A stretch of DNA of 63,032 nucleotides, filler included, from Folioceros fuciformis (Eukaryota), in NCBI GenBank assembly GCA_049999805.1. It is 6 parts of 6 records of this genome, joined end to end, with 100 filler letters (N's around TTAATTAATTAA, not from the genome) between each part and the next. Parts side by side here need not be neighbours in the genome. Positions count along the whole stretch, not along the records: positions 14,746 to 28,803 come from JBNGIO010004547.1; positions 28,904 to 43,060 come from JBNGIO010004549.1; 4 more parts are not named here. One strand, written 5' to 3'. Positions 23,497 through 35,864 of this stretch are shown here, in pieces; positions within the stretch are counted from its first letter, which is position 1; every line of letters begins with the position of its first letter. The position numbers and the translations under genes are program-made. The notes below the pieces were generated by a model that saw only the letters and a program-made list of their open reading frames with translations, searched no databases and had not been told where the DNA came from.

Positions 23497-25940
23497 ATGA
23501 CGAAAATGGAGAGAGCTTGCCTTGTGCTGAAGCTGTTAGTGGTCGTACTTCCGTTGGCAGCCGCTTCGTATGGTGACCAGGTACGTCTGTGCATGGCAGG
23601 GATGACTAGTTTGTTCCTAGGCAAGAACGTTGTGAGGGGGATCCGGAGCAGATTAGTTGGCACTTAACTCGATCGGCCGAGGGTTGACTTGGGGCAGCAT
23701 GTGTTGTGTGGGGGACGCAGTGGCTCAATCATGGAGGTGGGATCAAGAACTGGAGGTTTGCGAAGAAGGAGAGAACGATCAGTGTTCACACAGCGGCGCG
23801 CCTGGCTCTCAAGTGGGAGTTTGTGGCTGGATTTTCCGTTTCAGCCACTCCTGCCATCTACAAGGGTGTGATCTACTTCCCCAGCTGGAACGGCTTGGTG
23901 TTCGCGCTGGAGCAGAAGACGGGGTCGCTGCTCTGGCGCACGAATATCACGGAGGTGACGGGTCTGCTGGGTACTGTTTACCAAGTACAGGGTACGCGGG
24001 GTGCTTTCTTGACGCGCATATCGATCGTGGGATTTCCCCTTCTGTCGTGTGATGATGTATCGTGAGTGAGCTGGGTTGTTTACGGTTTGCTGGGCTTGGA
24101 TGCTGCGCCAGGGCTCCCCTACGCACTCACGAGAGCGACGCCTGTCGTGGCTCATGACACGCTGCTGATCGGACTCGCCGGTCCAGGCTATGTCATCGCT
24201 CTGGATCGACGCACTGGCAAGCTTTTGTGGAAGACTCTCGTTGATGAGCATCCCTGGGCCCTCTTGACGCAGTCGGGCACCGTCCACAAACGGTAGCACC
24301 ATTGCTCATACACAAGAGGCCTGCAGTATGAAGTGTTTGCTGCGTACCGGTTGTTGTACTCCTCGGTTGTTGCCCATGCATGATGCAAGAACGTTGCAAC
24401 AGACTTGCAGACTGGGATGGATTCGCTGATTACACGTAGCAGGTGCTAATCGCGGTAAGCTTGCTTGTTTGCGCAGTTCATACTACTTCGGGGTGTCCTC
24501 GCTTGAGGAATTAGCCAGCATCCTTCCTGACTACATTTGTTGCACCTTCATTGGGAGTTTCCAAAAGCTGGATATCCGAACTGGGAAGGTGGAATGGAAG
24601 ATTCTCACGCTGCCAGACAATGGAGGCAAGCCAGGGCGGTATGCCGGGGCTGCTATCTGGGGCAGCAGTCCTGCCATCGATCTGGCACGGGGTCTGGTGT
24701 ACATTGGCACAGGAAACATCTACACGGCACCTCTAGCCATCCAGGAATGTGAGGCAAAGCAGCAGAACCTCACTAAACCTGAGGTGAGTACAGACTCTGC
24801 TTTTCATCGCTGCTCGTGACATGTTATTGTACGGGACCTCTGGGCGTGGCTATAAGTACTAGTACTGCAATGCCGTCACCCTGCAGCAGGAATGTACTAT
24901 AGACATATGTCGTTCTACACCAATTCTGGCGGGGTGGTGCTTTAATCTGTGTCAGGTTCCTGATCCTTGCCTTGAGCCGGGGAATCTGGAAAATGCAATC
25001 TTGGCTGTGGAGCTGGGCAGCGGGAAGATCAGGTGGGCCAAGAATCTGTTGGGCTTCGATGCTTGGAATGTAGCTTGCGTCCTGCCCGGGAATGTTGCCA
25101 ACTGCCCTAAGACCCCTGGCGGCGACTACGACTTCGGACAAGCCCCGATGCTGTTGACCCTTCGCGTTAATTCCTCCTCCAAGGTCGATGTGGCAGTGGC
25201 CGTGCAGAAGAGCGGCATCGCCTGGGCCTTGGATCGAGACACCGGTGAAATCGTCTGGGACACGGTACGTTTCCAAACATCTCAGATTCGTTGAACACGT
25301 TTCACTGGCTGGCCTGCTTCTGACGGTGACGACTTCAGGTTACGGGACCTGGTGGGTACGCTGGTGGCCCCATATGGGGATCAGCCACAGATGGCAAGAC
25401 AGTGTATGTGAACAATGCCAACATCCTCAACCTCACTTACACGCTGGCTCCTTCGACCAACACCACAACCGGCGGAGCTTGGGCGGGCGTGAATGCTGTC
25501 ACAGGTGGACTCTCCTCTCCTCTCTTCCTTCCTTCCTTCCTTCCTTCCTTCCTTCAGAATGTGCTCCATGGCATCTCCCTCCTCCGATTCAGGTTCCCCT
25601 CACTCCGTCTACCTGGTTGGAGCATTACGATTCAAGTAACAAAGCGGTGACGGTGCCCCAATTGTGTGCAGGCTCCGTTCTGTGGACAACTGCTACTCCC
25701 AACAAGGGATCCGCGTCTGGGCCTGTCAGCGTTGCTAATGGCGTGGTGTTCGGAACTGAATCCGACTCCACCGGCCGCGTCTACGCCCTGGACGGCAAGA
25801 CAGGCCATGTGCTGTGGCATTACGACTCCATGAAGGGATCCTGCCAAGGCGGGATCGCGATTTCGCAGGGTTGCGCTTTCGTGGGATCGGGCTACGGTAC
25901 CAGCCCGGGAACATCGCTGTACGCCTTCTGCGTCGAGTGA
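23497..25940 (+). CDS. Secreted PQQ-binding beta-propeller protein, polyvinyl-alcohol dehydrogenase-like; ~528 aa in 7 exons (23497-23580, 23721-23991, 24112-24292, 24477-24783, 24956-25264, 25339-25504, 25672-25940)
   Basis: All introns are GT-AG with consistent phases, and the CDS totals 1587 nt. Signal peptide MTKMERACLVLKLLVVVLPLAAASYG, then WLNHGG, repeated A(L/V)DxxTGxxxW docking motifs, vicinal CC (ICCTF), AAIWGSSPAID..RGLVYIGTGN and DYDFGQAPML. Confidence 0.9.
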
Positions 25941-26072
25941 TCGTGATTTTCTCCACTTACGCGCCTGGAACCCGTACTGCGGCTGACCATCGCCGGCGCC
26001 TTCTGCGTCGAGTGATCGTGATTTTCTCCACTTAAGCGCCTGGAACTCGTACTGCGGCTGACCATCGCCGGG
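25922..26072. repeat. 75-bp tandem duplication covering the stop codon and 3' UTR start
   Basis: cgccttctgcgtcgagtgatcgtgattttctccactta...ccatcgccgg at 25922 and 25997. Confidence 0.9.
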
Positions 26073-26650
26073 TGCTGTGCTCCGCTATCAACAAACATGT
26101 ATTGCAGTGGGACTTAAGTTATTATTCTATGTTCACATCAAATTAAACAGAAACTACACAATGTTTGTTGTATGTACACATAAGAAATCTTTTTTTATCC
26201 ACAAATGTGTATTTATTGCTTTGCGAAAACAGCACTCGCAAGCGCAGTTTTTAGAACGTAGGTAGACTTCCACCGTTTTTTGTAAATAATAAATAGTTTT
26301 TAAGAATGATTGTTCAAAGAGCTACTACTTTTGGCATGTTCTTATTTTTCGGGTATATGGTTTTTCCATCTCTTTTTTAATAATAGAAAATAACATATTC
26401 AAGATATGATTCAAGTAACTTTGTTTAAGAAAATGAAGTGTTCTACAAAGCATACATAGTCCTGCAAGGAGTAATATTTGAAGAATTTATTATTTGAAGG
26501 TATTATAAATATGAAAAGGTACGAAGAAGATTCTTAATGTAAGGTCGTATTACTACCACTATAGAATATGCTCAAAGTTATTTCCATTGTGTAAGACCTT
26601 CATAACTCCTTGAGTTGAGAAATGACAATGTATCTTGTTGGCGCCCCTCA

Positions 26651-26832
26651 CAAAAGCCAACATATATTCTTTCAACGTGACTATGCGCAAGGTATTTGGT
26701 AGTTGGCTACAAAGCCAACTTATATTCTTTCAGCGTGACTATGCGCAAGGTATTTGGTAGTTGGCTACAAAACCAACATATATTCTTTGAGCGTGACTAT
26801 GCCCAAGGTATTTGGCAGTTGGCTACAAAGCC
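26651..26832. repeat. ~58-bp tandem repeat, 3 copies
   Basis: caaagccaacatatattctttcaacgtgactatgcgcaaggtatttggtagttggcta units. Confidence 0.9.
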
Positions 26833-28529
26833 TTCTCCCAGGGAGAACCATCTTGGTTACAGAGCAAACTGCCCTATTCGGGCTTGATGGGCAGATGAGA
26901 AGGCCACTATTTTAGAACCAATGGTGGGGAGTGGTGTGGTCTTTGTCTCTCTTCTCCTTGTGGCAAAACTGGATAGCAATGGTCTATGGTGAGAGTGACC
27001 CAGTATTAAGAAAAGCTCTGCTATGGCGCATCTGGGAACATGTCCTAGTGTTTGCGGTGAGCATTTGAACTTCCGCCCACACTAAGTTCAGAAGGAAAGA
27101 GTGGAAAATAGCAAGATTCCTCAGGCACAATGGCCAGTAGAATCACTCTTGCCCGTGGGGCAGGTAAGCCACACATAGGCGGGGAATCTCGCACACATAG
27201 GCGGGGAATCTCGCGGCTGCAGGATAGATCAAGTTTGCTCACTTCTGCAGCCTAGGAATTACCTTGTATGCTAACTCCTTATTCACTTGCGTATGTAACT
27301 ACTATACCCGTGCTGCAGCCTGAGCTGTAGATAATTAGTTTTTTTTCTTGGCAAAAAAAATATACCTTGTCGCTACAAGCATGAACAAAGCATGGTCCAA
27401 CATAGATATCTACTATGCACCACTAGCTAAGTTGAGGTGGGAAAGCCATTCCATTGGAAGTTGAGACTGGAAAAAGCATGATTTTAGACATAATAAGTCT
27501 CCAAAGGTTGAGAGTTAGGACACACTTCACGCACCAGTCCAAGTGTGTGAGGAATATTTTAAATGTATTATAGGATCCATAAAGCACTAAAAAGAATGGT
27601 ATATCACAAATATAATACAATGGTATGTAGAAGATACACAAAATATATTTGCCTTGTAAAAAATATCTAAAAAATAAATATAAAATTTGCCTCACAACGA
27701 ACAAGATCTATACTCCACATATATGTGGATTCCCACCATATGAGGCATAGTCAGATCAAAACTAAATGGAAAACAATATTGAGTTGTAGAACTTTTAACA
27801 AAACCCTTGTATTTAAGGACACGTAGTGAATAAAGTAAGTACTGGACAAAGTACATATCAGGACAAGTAGTGGATAAAGTAAGTACAGGACAAAGTACAT
27901 ATGTTGTATGTGCACCATCTTGTTGTACTGCTCGTTCTTGCCTGCACCATTTTGTTGTACTGCTGCAGATGTGAAAAACAAGAGATGTTGTGGACACAAT
28001 AGTAAATTTCTGCAGCACACATTCTCCTGACTGGAGAGAAAGCTGAAGAGAAGATTCCTACAAGTTGGAGATCAATAGGACATGATGGCAAGTCCAACAC
28101 CGGCACACACACAACTGTTTCACACCGTGGGGTGGATGTGCTCGGATGGCATTGCCGAGCGGTTTGGATGAAGTAGCAGGCAGGGCAGGGAGTTGTTTAC
28201 ACGATGTTTTGTCTGACACGGCAAGGTATAGGTGAGGATCTCAGGGGTGTTCTGGTTCCCAGCGCGGTGGTGCGTCACAGTGGTACCAAAGTACCAAAAC
28301 AAGTATTAAACTGACCTGGATGGACTGGTGCCACCATCCTGAGGGGGGCACGAGAACCCACCAGGAAGGTGCGGATGCCAGCAGGCAGCGGGCAGTTAGT
28401 AGTTTCGATCTACACGGCTGCGACCCATGCCAGTGCGCTCTGCTTTTTGCAATCTGCCATGGCAGGTGGGAATCGTTAAATCACGACGGGTTTCTCTAGG
28501 GTACAGGCATCAGGGCCAGACTGCCCGGC

Positions 28530-28803
28530 ATGGCACGGAAGACGATGAAAGTGGAGAAAGCTTGCCTTGTTCTCCATCTCTTGACCGTCATACTCCCTGT
28601 GGCGGTCGCGTCGTATGGTGACCAGGTACGTGGGGAAACGGCACGGCGTGGATAACGAAGAGATTCGTGGAATACGTTCTGACTGCGAGTAGATTAGTGG
28701 GCCCTTAATTCCATCGTGTGGGGTTTGATTTGGGGTCGCAATCGGTGGTTGGTGGATGCAGTGGCTCAATCATGGAGGAGGGATCGAGAATTGGAGGTTC
28801 GCG
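28530..28803 (+). CDS. First two exons of a third PQQ beta-propeller paralog (28530/28545-28625, 28762-28803), 3'-truncated
   Basis: MKVEKACLVLHLLTVILPVAVASYGDQ|WLNHGGGIENWRFA, with the same intron position as the complete copy. Confidence 0.85.
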
Positions 28804-28903
28804 NNNNNNNNNNNNNNNNNNNNNNNNNNNNNNNNNNNNNNNNNNNNTTAATTAATTAANNNNNNNNNNNNNNNNNNNNNNNNNNNNNNNNNNNNNNNNN
28901 NNN

Positions 28904-29386
28904 GTCGCAAGAGCAGGCACTATCTTAGCTTCATCAAAGGTGACAGTGCGGGCGTAGATAGGAATCCGAGAGTCCAAGTCCATGAGCTTGTAGGTTTTGC
29001 GGTCATTGCCATAATCGACAAACACCAACTTGCGAGCATTAGCATCAAGCTTGTCGCAAAGCTGTGATGGGACAAGAGCATAGGCAGGGCAACCAAAAAC
29101 ACGAAGATGTGAAATTAAAGGCTTGCTCCCATGCCAACACTCATATGGAGTACGGCCAAAAATCGACTTGAAGAGGACTCTGTTTTTAATGTACGCCATA
29201 GTTAACACAGCCTCAGCTCAAAAAGGACTTGGGCAGATGGGACTGTGCCAGCATGGCACAAACCATGGACATCAAATCGCCGTTAGCCTTCTCGGCCACA
29301 CCATTCTGCTCAGAGGTGTAAGGTACCATGAACTGCCTCAAGACACCACGTTGCTCGCAGAAGTCGCAAAACTGATGGTCGTTGAG
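28904..29386 (-). mobile_element. Copia integrase C-terminal part of the host element interrupted at 29387
   Basis: LNDHQFCDFCEQRGV.RQFMVPYTSEQNGVAEKAN and TPYECWHGSKPLISHLRVFGCPAYALVP. Confidence 0.9.
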
Positions 29387-32300
29387 TGAAGCTTTGCACA
29401 GGATCGAGAGGGAGGAAGGAGAGGATGCGCGCATAAATCAAAAAGGAAAAAAAACTTGATATATATTTTGGGTCCTGTGTGTCCCTTTTTCATNNNNNNN
29501 NNNNNNNNNNNNNNNNNNNNNNNNNNNNNNNNNNNNNNNNNNNNNNNNNNNNNNNNNNNNNNNNNNNNNNNNNNNNNNNNNNNNNNNNNNNNNTTTCATG
29601 TCCCGAGAGTTAGTTTTTTAGGGCACGTTTCGCGTCCCTTTACATCTGGCTCTTTGAATCTTGTGATCCAAAACGTCCTTAATTTAATTAATATTTTATG
29701 TAATATTTCTATAATACTAGGCTACTTAGATAACCTATCTACTTTTACTCCTGCTTAGCCTGCATTTCTACTTGTTACTGTTAGGGTAAGGTGGCAGTCG
29801 TCGAAGCTTTGGATTACTCCTGTAGTCAAAAAAACTGATCTTCAGTTGGAGCTCACAACCATGCCTATTGTTGTAACGCTGCCTGTGATGTATTCACGGA
29901 TGAAGACAGGCTGATAATCAGAAATGATGTGCTTGACGAGAATTAGCTCCCACTACTGGTGGAGTTCTCTGCAGCAACAAAGAAACTGATTTGCTGTGTG
30001 TTGTTGCAGACCCTTGATGGCACTACACCACCGTGATGCCACTTCAGCGATTCCAAGCTCAATGGCGTTCCTCCTACCTCTGCAATATCTTGTAGTTGTG
30101 CCTTCTAAGTAGAAAAATTATTCTTATGCATCTGGATTTTCAACCATTCCCATTGCCTTGCAGAACCTTTCGTGCTTATCACGAGCTAGGGCTTTAGTAA
30201 GGATATCAGCTACGTTTGCCTCTGTTGGGACATACTGAAGATTGGCTTGCCCTTCAGTGACTACTTGCCTGATAAAATGGTGTTTAATTTCTATGTGTTT
30301 TGTCCTAGCATGCATGATTGGATTTTGAGCAAGGGCAATGGAGGATTGATTGTCACTTAGTAATAGTGTGGGTGCNNNNNNNNNNTGCTAACAACTCTCG
30401 GCCATGTATTATTTCTTGTGCAGCTGTGGTGGTAGCAATGTACTCAGCTTCAGTGGAGGATAAGGCCACTACCTGCTGCTTCTTACTATGCCAGGAAATG
30501 ATGGTGGACTGAAACTCATCTTTGCTGAGCATCAAGCAATGGACCGAGATTGACTTCCTGCTATCTGTATCAACAGCCCAATCTACATCACAAAAGCAAG
30601 TGAGCAGCAAATTCTCTGGTTGCTTGGTGTACAGTAGTCCTCGATTCAGGGTGCCTCCAAGGTATCTAAGGATCCTTTGAACTACATGCCAATCTGCACT
30701 CCCATAATTTGTAAGGAACTGAGATGTAACACCTATAGAGTGTGACAGATCAGGACGAGTCCAGTTTCCGAAGTAAATAAGTACTCCCACTGCAGGTCTG
30801 TATGGTATAGATGCCATTTGCTATCGTTCCTCCTCTGTTTTTGGTGACTGGTCATTTGTTAGCTTCTCCCCAGTTGCCATCGGTGTTGGTGCAGGTTTGG
30901 CATTTTGAAGACGGAACCTAGCAAGAACTTGGTGCACGAATTGTGATTGGTGTATGAAAATACTGTGTCTGGCTAGATTATGATGTATTCGAATACCAAG
31001 GAAGAATGTAAGCTGACCAAGGTCGGTCGTGGATAATTCTGAAGTCAAAATGGCTTTAACCTTTGACATGGCTGCAGGATTGCTAGAAATAAGGACAACA
31101 TCATCTACGTAGAGTGCTAAATACACCAGCCCATCTTTGTCATGTAGTTTGTAGACATTACAATCAGCATTGCTTTGGACAAACCCACAACTCCTAAGGT
31201 ATGTGTCTATTCTCTTGTACCACTCTCGTGGTGATTGCTTAAGCCCATAAATTGTTTTTACAAGTCTACATATCTTGTTAGGATGCTGCGGATCTACATA
31301 CCCCTCTAGTTGCCTCATGTAGATGGTTTCTTCAAGGTTTCCATTGAGGAATGCCGTTTTTACGTCCATATGTTGCAAGTGGTAGTCATGCTGGGCTGCT
31401 ATGGCAAGAAGAGCACGAATGGAAGTTGCTCGAACTACAGGTGAGAATGTTCCTGTATAGTCAAGCCCCTCCACTTGACTGTACCCTCTTGCAACTAGTC
31501 GAGCCTTGTATCGTGCAATAGCCCCGTTGGCGTTCAGCTTTGTTTTAAAGACCCACTTGCATGTTACAGTCTTCCTTCCAGGTGGCAAGTCTTCAAGCAG
31601 CCATGTTTTATTATCTATGAGAGACTGGTATTCAAAATTTATTGCCTCAATCCACTTTTGTGCATCCTTCCCATTTATGGCCTCTTGGTATGACTGAGGA
31701 TCTCCCGTGTCTAGAAGACCACTGTCATCCTGTACCAAGAAGGACTTGTATGTCAAGGGAGGTTGTGCCCACTCTAATGGTGAAGTTGTACGATGACATG
31801 TCCCAATGTCAGTCCCTTTGCGCAGGACAGCAGGTGCAGGTTGTGCAGAAGTTGCAGGAACTTCGACTTCACTTGCATCTGAATCTGGCTGCACACTGCC
31901 GATGTCCTGCAAATTTTCACCCTCACTTGCACCATAGTCGATTGAAGATTCTTGAGAGGAAACTCCTTCTACATCATCCTCACTGTCGAGGTCGGGAAAC
32001 TCACTTGGCTCTTCATCACTTTCAGGGTCTATAGAGGGTTGTGTATTTCCTGATTGAGAGGTACTAGCTGCAGGATGTGAGACTACTGTGGAACCCTCTA
32101 TGTAGCTTGTGTCATCAGTAAGCAGACCTTCGTCAACATCATCAATTAAGGTACAACGGGCAGATGGGTTTAGAAGTAATTGTTCATTGAATATGACACT
32201 ACGTGCATGAACAGTGGTATGAGATGTAGGATCATACAGTTTATAGCCCTTAACTCCCTCGGTGTAACCTATGAAGACATACTTATGTGCTTTATAATCC

Positions 32301-35300
32301 ATCTTAACCTTTGTGCTTCAAAAAGATGTGCATAAGCAGGTGAACCACAAATACGAAGGTGATTGATGCGTGGCCTATGACTAGTCCATCTCTGGAAAGG
32401 GGTAGCACCATCAAAGAATTTGGTAGGGACTTTATTTTTGATATAGACTGCAGTGCCAACAGCTTCTGCCCAGTAAGTTTTAAGCAAACCTGCCAGCTTG
32501 AGCATGGATTTGGCTTGCTCTTGCACATGCTTATTGTGAAGTTCAGCTATGGGATTTTGCGAGGATGTATACGGCACAGTGAGCTGCCGTGCTATCCCCA
32601 GCTCCTTGCAATAATCTTTGAACTCACTGGAATTGTACTCACCACCGCCATCTGTACGTAGAGCCTTGAGGAATTCTCCAGTCTGGCGCTGAGCAAAGGT
32701 AACATACTCTTGGAAACAGCCAAAGGTCTGGCTCTTGTGCTTGATAAGATAGATTATAGCATATCGACTCCAATCATCGATACAAGATAACATATATAGA
32801 GCACCACCAAGTGAAGGAACTGACATAGGGCCACAGAGGTCGGAGTGAACCAGCTCCAAGAGTTTAGTCACCGTTGTGGGATTCTCATCCTTGTATGGGG
32901 CTCGGTGATGCTTGCCAAAAACACATGCTTCACAGAACAGTTTCTCGGCAAACTGAAGCATGAACTTCTCTCGGTATAACACGTCGTTGTTAACCATTTT
33001 CTGAAGTTTGTCGAAGTTGATGTGTGCTAGGCGACAATGCCATAGCATGACTTGGTCCTTGGCTTTAGTGGCTTGATTGACATGTGTCTACTCCTTGAGG
33101 AATTGGTGTCCTAACTTAGATGTGACATTTAGTTGATAGAGGTCATGACGAGGGGTGCCTTTAGCTAGAATTTTGTTCTTATGCTGTGGGTCTGTGATGA
33201 CGCTGTGTAGGCCTGAAAATGACACATCTAAGACATGTTGGACTGTGAGCTTGCGGACAGATACTAAGTTTTTAACCATAGAGGGAACATGAAGGACGTC
33301 TAAGAGATGCAGTGTGCTCCTGTCAGCTAGCTGAATAGGCACTGTCCCAATGCCTTCTATGTGAAGTCCACTATCGTCGCCAAGAAGAACAAACTGACCA
33401 GGTGGAAGATTCTTATACTCAAAAAAGGCATTCTTGTCATGGCAATAATGTGATGAGGCTCCACTATCAATAAACCAGACACTCTTGTCTGAAGAGGTTG
33501 ATATCATGCATACAACAAGGAGTGCATTAGGTTTTCGTTGTACCACATTGATCTCAGATGGAGGAGTCGAACGCCTGGGCTCACCTGATTTCTTCTTGCG
33601 GCACTCTGCCTCCCAATGGCCAGGGATCAAGCACCAATTACATGGTCCCTTCTTCTTTCCTGTTGTAGGTGAGGGACGCTTCTTGAAATGTGTTGAAGTT
33701 TCCACTGTTGGAATTTGCTTGCCAAGGCTGACGAGGCTGTCTCTTCGGGCCTTTGTTCATGTAAAGTGCTCGATTCGATGACTCTCCTCTGTGGGAGGTA
33801 CCTCTGCTTGCCTTCCTTGTGGACTCTTCCTCGAGAAGAGCTCCAATAATGTCAGACAGTGTCACAGATGGCTGTTGACCTGCTGATGCAGCCTGTGTTG
33901 CGTTCCTCAGCATCGAACTCTGATTGTTGGCAAAGGTTCGATAGCTCTCTGGCAAAGACAGTAACAAGGCAACTGCTGCTTGCATCTCTATTGTCTTTGT
34001 GCCACTTGAAGAGAGATTAGATCTCAAAGTTTTGAACTTGATGATGTGATGTTCAACTGAATCTTGCTCTCGCATTTTGCAGTTGTAGAAATCTCTGGTT
34101 GCACTGACCAAGGAAGAACCATTGACTACTTGATATACTTGGGATAGGGAGTCCCACACAGCTTTGGTGGACTTAGCATCATGTGTGTGATGCATCATCG
34201 TGCCATCAAGGGCAAATTGGATGACACTTAAAGCCCGAAGGTCAAGTTTGGCCCAAGCATCTTGCTCAGCAGCTGTTGATGTTGGAGGAGGTTTTGGTAC
34301 AGCCCCAGTGACAACGCCCCAAAGATCATTTTCTTTTTAGATAGTTTGGACTCTAAGAGACCAGATGTCAAAGTGTGTGCTTGTGAACCTGTCTTTCTCT
34401 TTAAAGTCTACCTTAAAATTATGCACTGTGGTGTTGTTTGTGACTATATTTGGATGTGCTTGTGCCATAGTCCCCACTAGTTGTGCTGCTAAGGCTGCCC
34501 TAGTGACTTGTACAACGGATTCAGCCCAAGTATTTTGTGGCCTTAGGGTTGTTTGTGCAAGATCATGAATTTGAGCTGTTTGTAAGTTTGATAGTGACGT
34601 TTATGTGCTACCCTGTGAGGAGTCACTCTGTGCTTCAATCTGATAGAGTGACAGAGGGTCTACAAGTAAGGGAAAACTTGGATCTTGGTCTCCTCTTCCT
34701 TGTACAGCACCCCTGTTCACACCTCTACCACGGCCTCTACCTCGAGGATCACTGTTGCATCGGTTCTTGTTATTATATGACATATACAAAAAATCACAAC
34801 GGGATACCTGCCTCCTCCTCTAAGGCATATAGTTGATGAATATGCCTAGGAAGGAATTCTTGCAGTGCCAGAATCATTTTTCATGTCTGATTGTGGCATG
34901 TGTGAAGGTGTGTCAACGTGTGCTGTGTTATTTAATGACAAATTGTGAACTAGATGTGCAAGGTGGGCAACTTGATTATCTGTGCTCTCAGCCTTGTTTC
35001 TCAATTAAGCAATGTGTTGTCTGGTCTGAACGGCATGGGACTTCACTAACTCATTAATCTCACAAAGCATGTGGTTAAATGGACAGGGAGATGTGTTAAG
35101 ATCACAAGTGCACGTACTGCAGGTGCGTGAACGTGAAGAGATGAAAGCTTGAATAGAAATCGCACATGAGTGCGCTATCTCCCTCCTAATTTGATTGCGC
35201 AGCCCTGCAAGCGGATCAGGTTTAGAGATGTGCCTAACCTGCCCTCTGTTATTTGTGTCGTGCGTACATGCTGGGTGGTTGCAGGGATTTGAGAAGAAGT

Positions 35301-35864
35301 GAGGCAGGTGTCGATGCTGTTCCTCCACAAATTGGCCAGGTCGCCTTGCAAATGGATCACTCACAACGCGATTGCCCCTTCCTCTTGGTCACGGCATGCT
35401 GAAAAAACGTTAGGAGTTGTAGTGCTCAACAACAGCAGCGAGGAAATCCTCCGCCATGCTTCCAAATCTTGCAAGTGCGCCCCCTTGTGCAAAATGCTGT
35501 AGGAACTGATCTCGAGAAAGATTCTGGGTACAATTCGTGCTGTGGCAGGTTGCGCACATGCTGGAGGGAGCGGGCGGTGACATTGAATTAGTCATGGCTC
35601 TGATACCATGAAGCTTTGCACAAGATCGAGAGGGAGGAAGGAGAGGACGCACGCAGAAATCAAAAAGGAAAAAAAAACTTGATATATATTTTGGGTCCTG
35701 TGTGTCCCTTTTTCATGTCCCGAGAGTTAGTTTTTTAGGGCATGTTTCGCGTCCCTTTACATCTGGCGCTTTGAATCTTGTGATCCAAAATGACCTTAAT
35801 TTAATTAATATTTTATGTAATATTTCTATAATGCTAGGCTACTTAGATAACCTATCTACTTTTA
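29387..35864 (-). mobile_element. Full-length but degenerate Ty1/Copia element; LTRs 29387-29747 (contains a gap) and 35609-35864, TSD TTGAG, PBS 35596-35608
   Basis: Near-identical LTRs, and TTGAG at 29382-29386 and 35865-35869. Internal order is gag, zinc knuckle (CNWCLIPGHWEAEC), protease (WFIDSGAS), integrase (LVHSDLCGP, LRTDGGGEY), RT (LYVDDV) and RNase H (ALSSTEAEY, RTKHIEIKHHFIR). Several stops and frameshifts. Confidence 0.93.
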
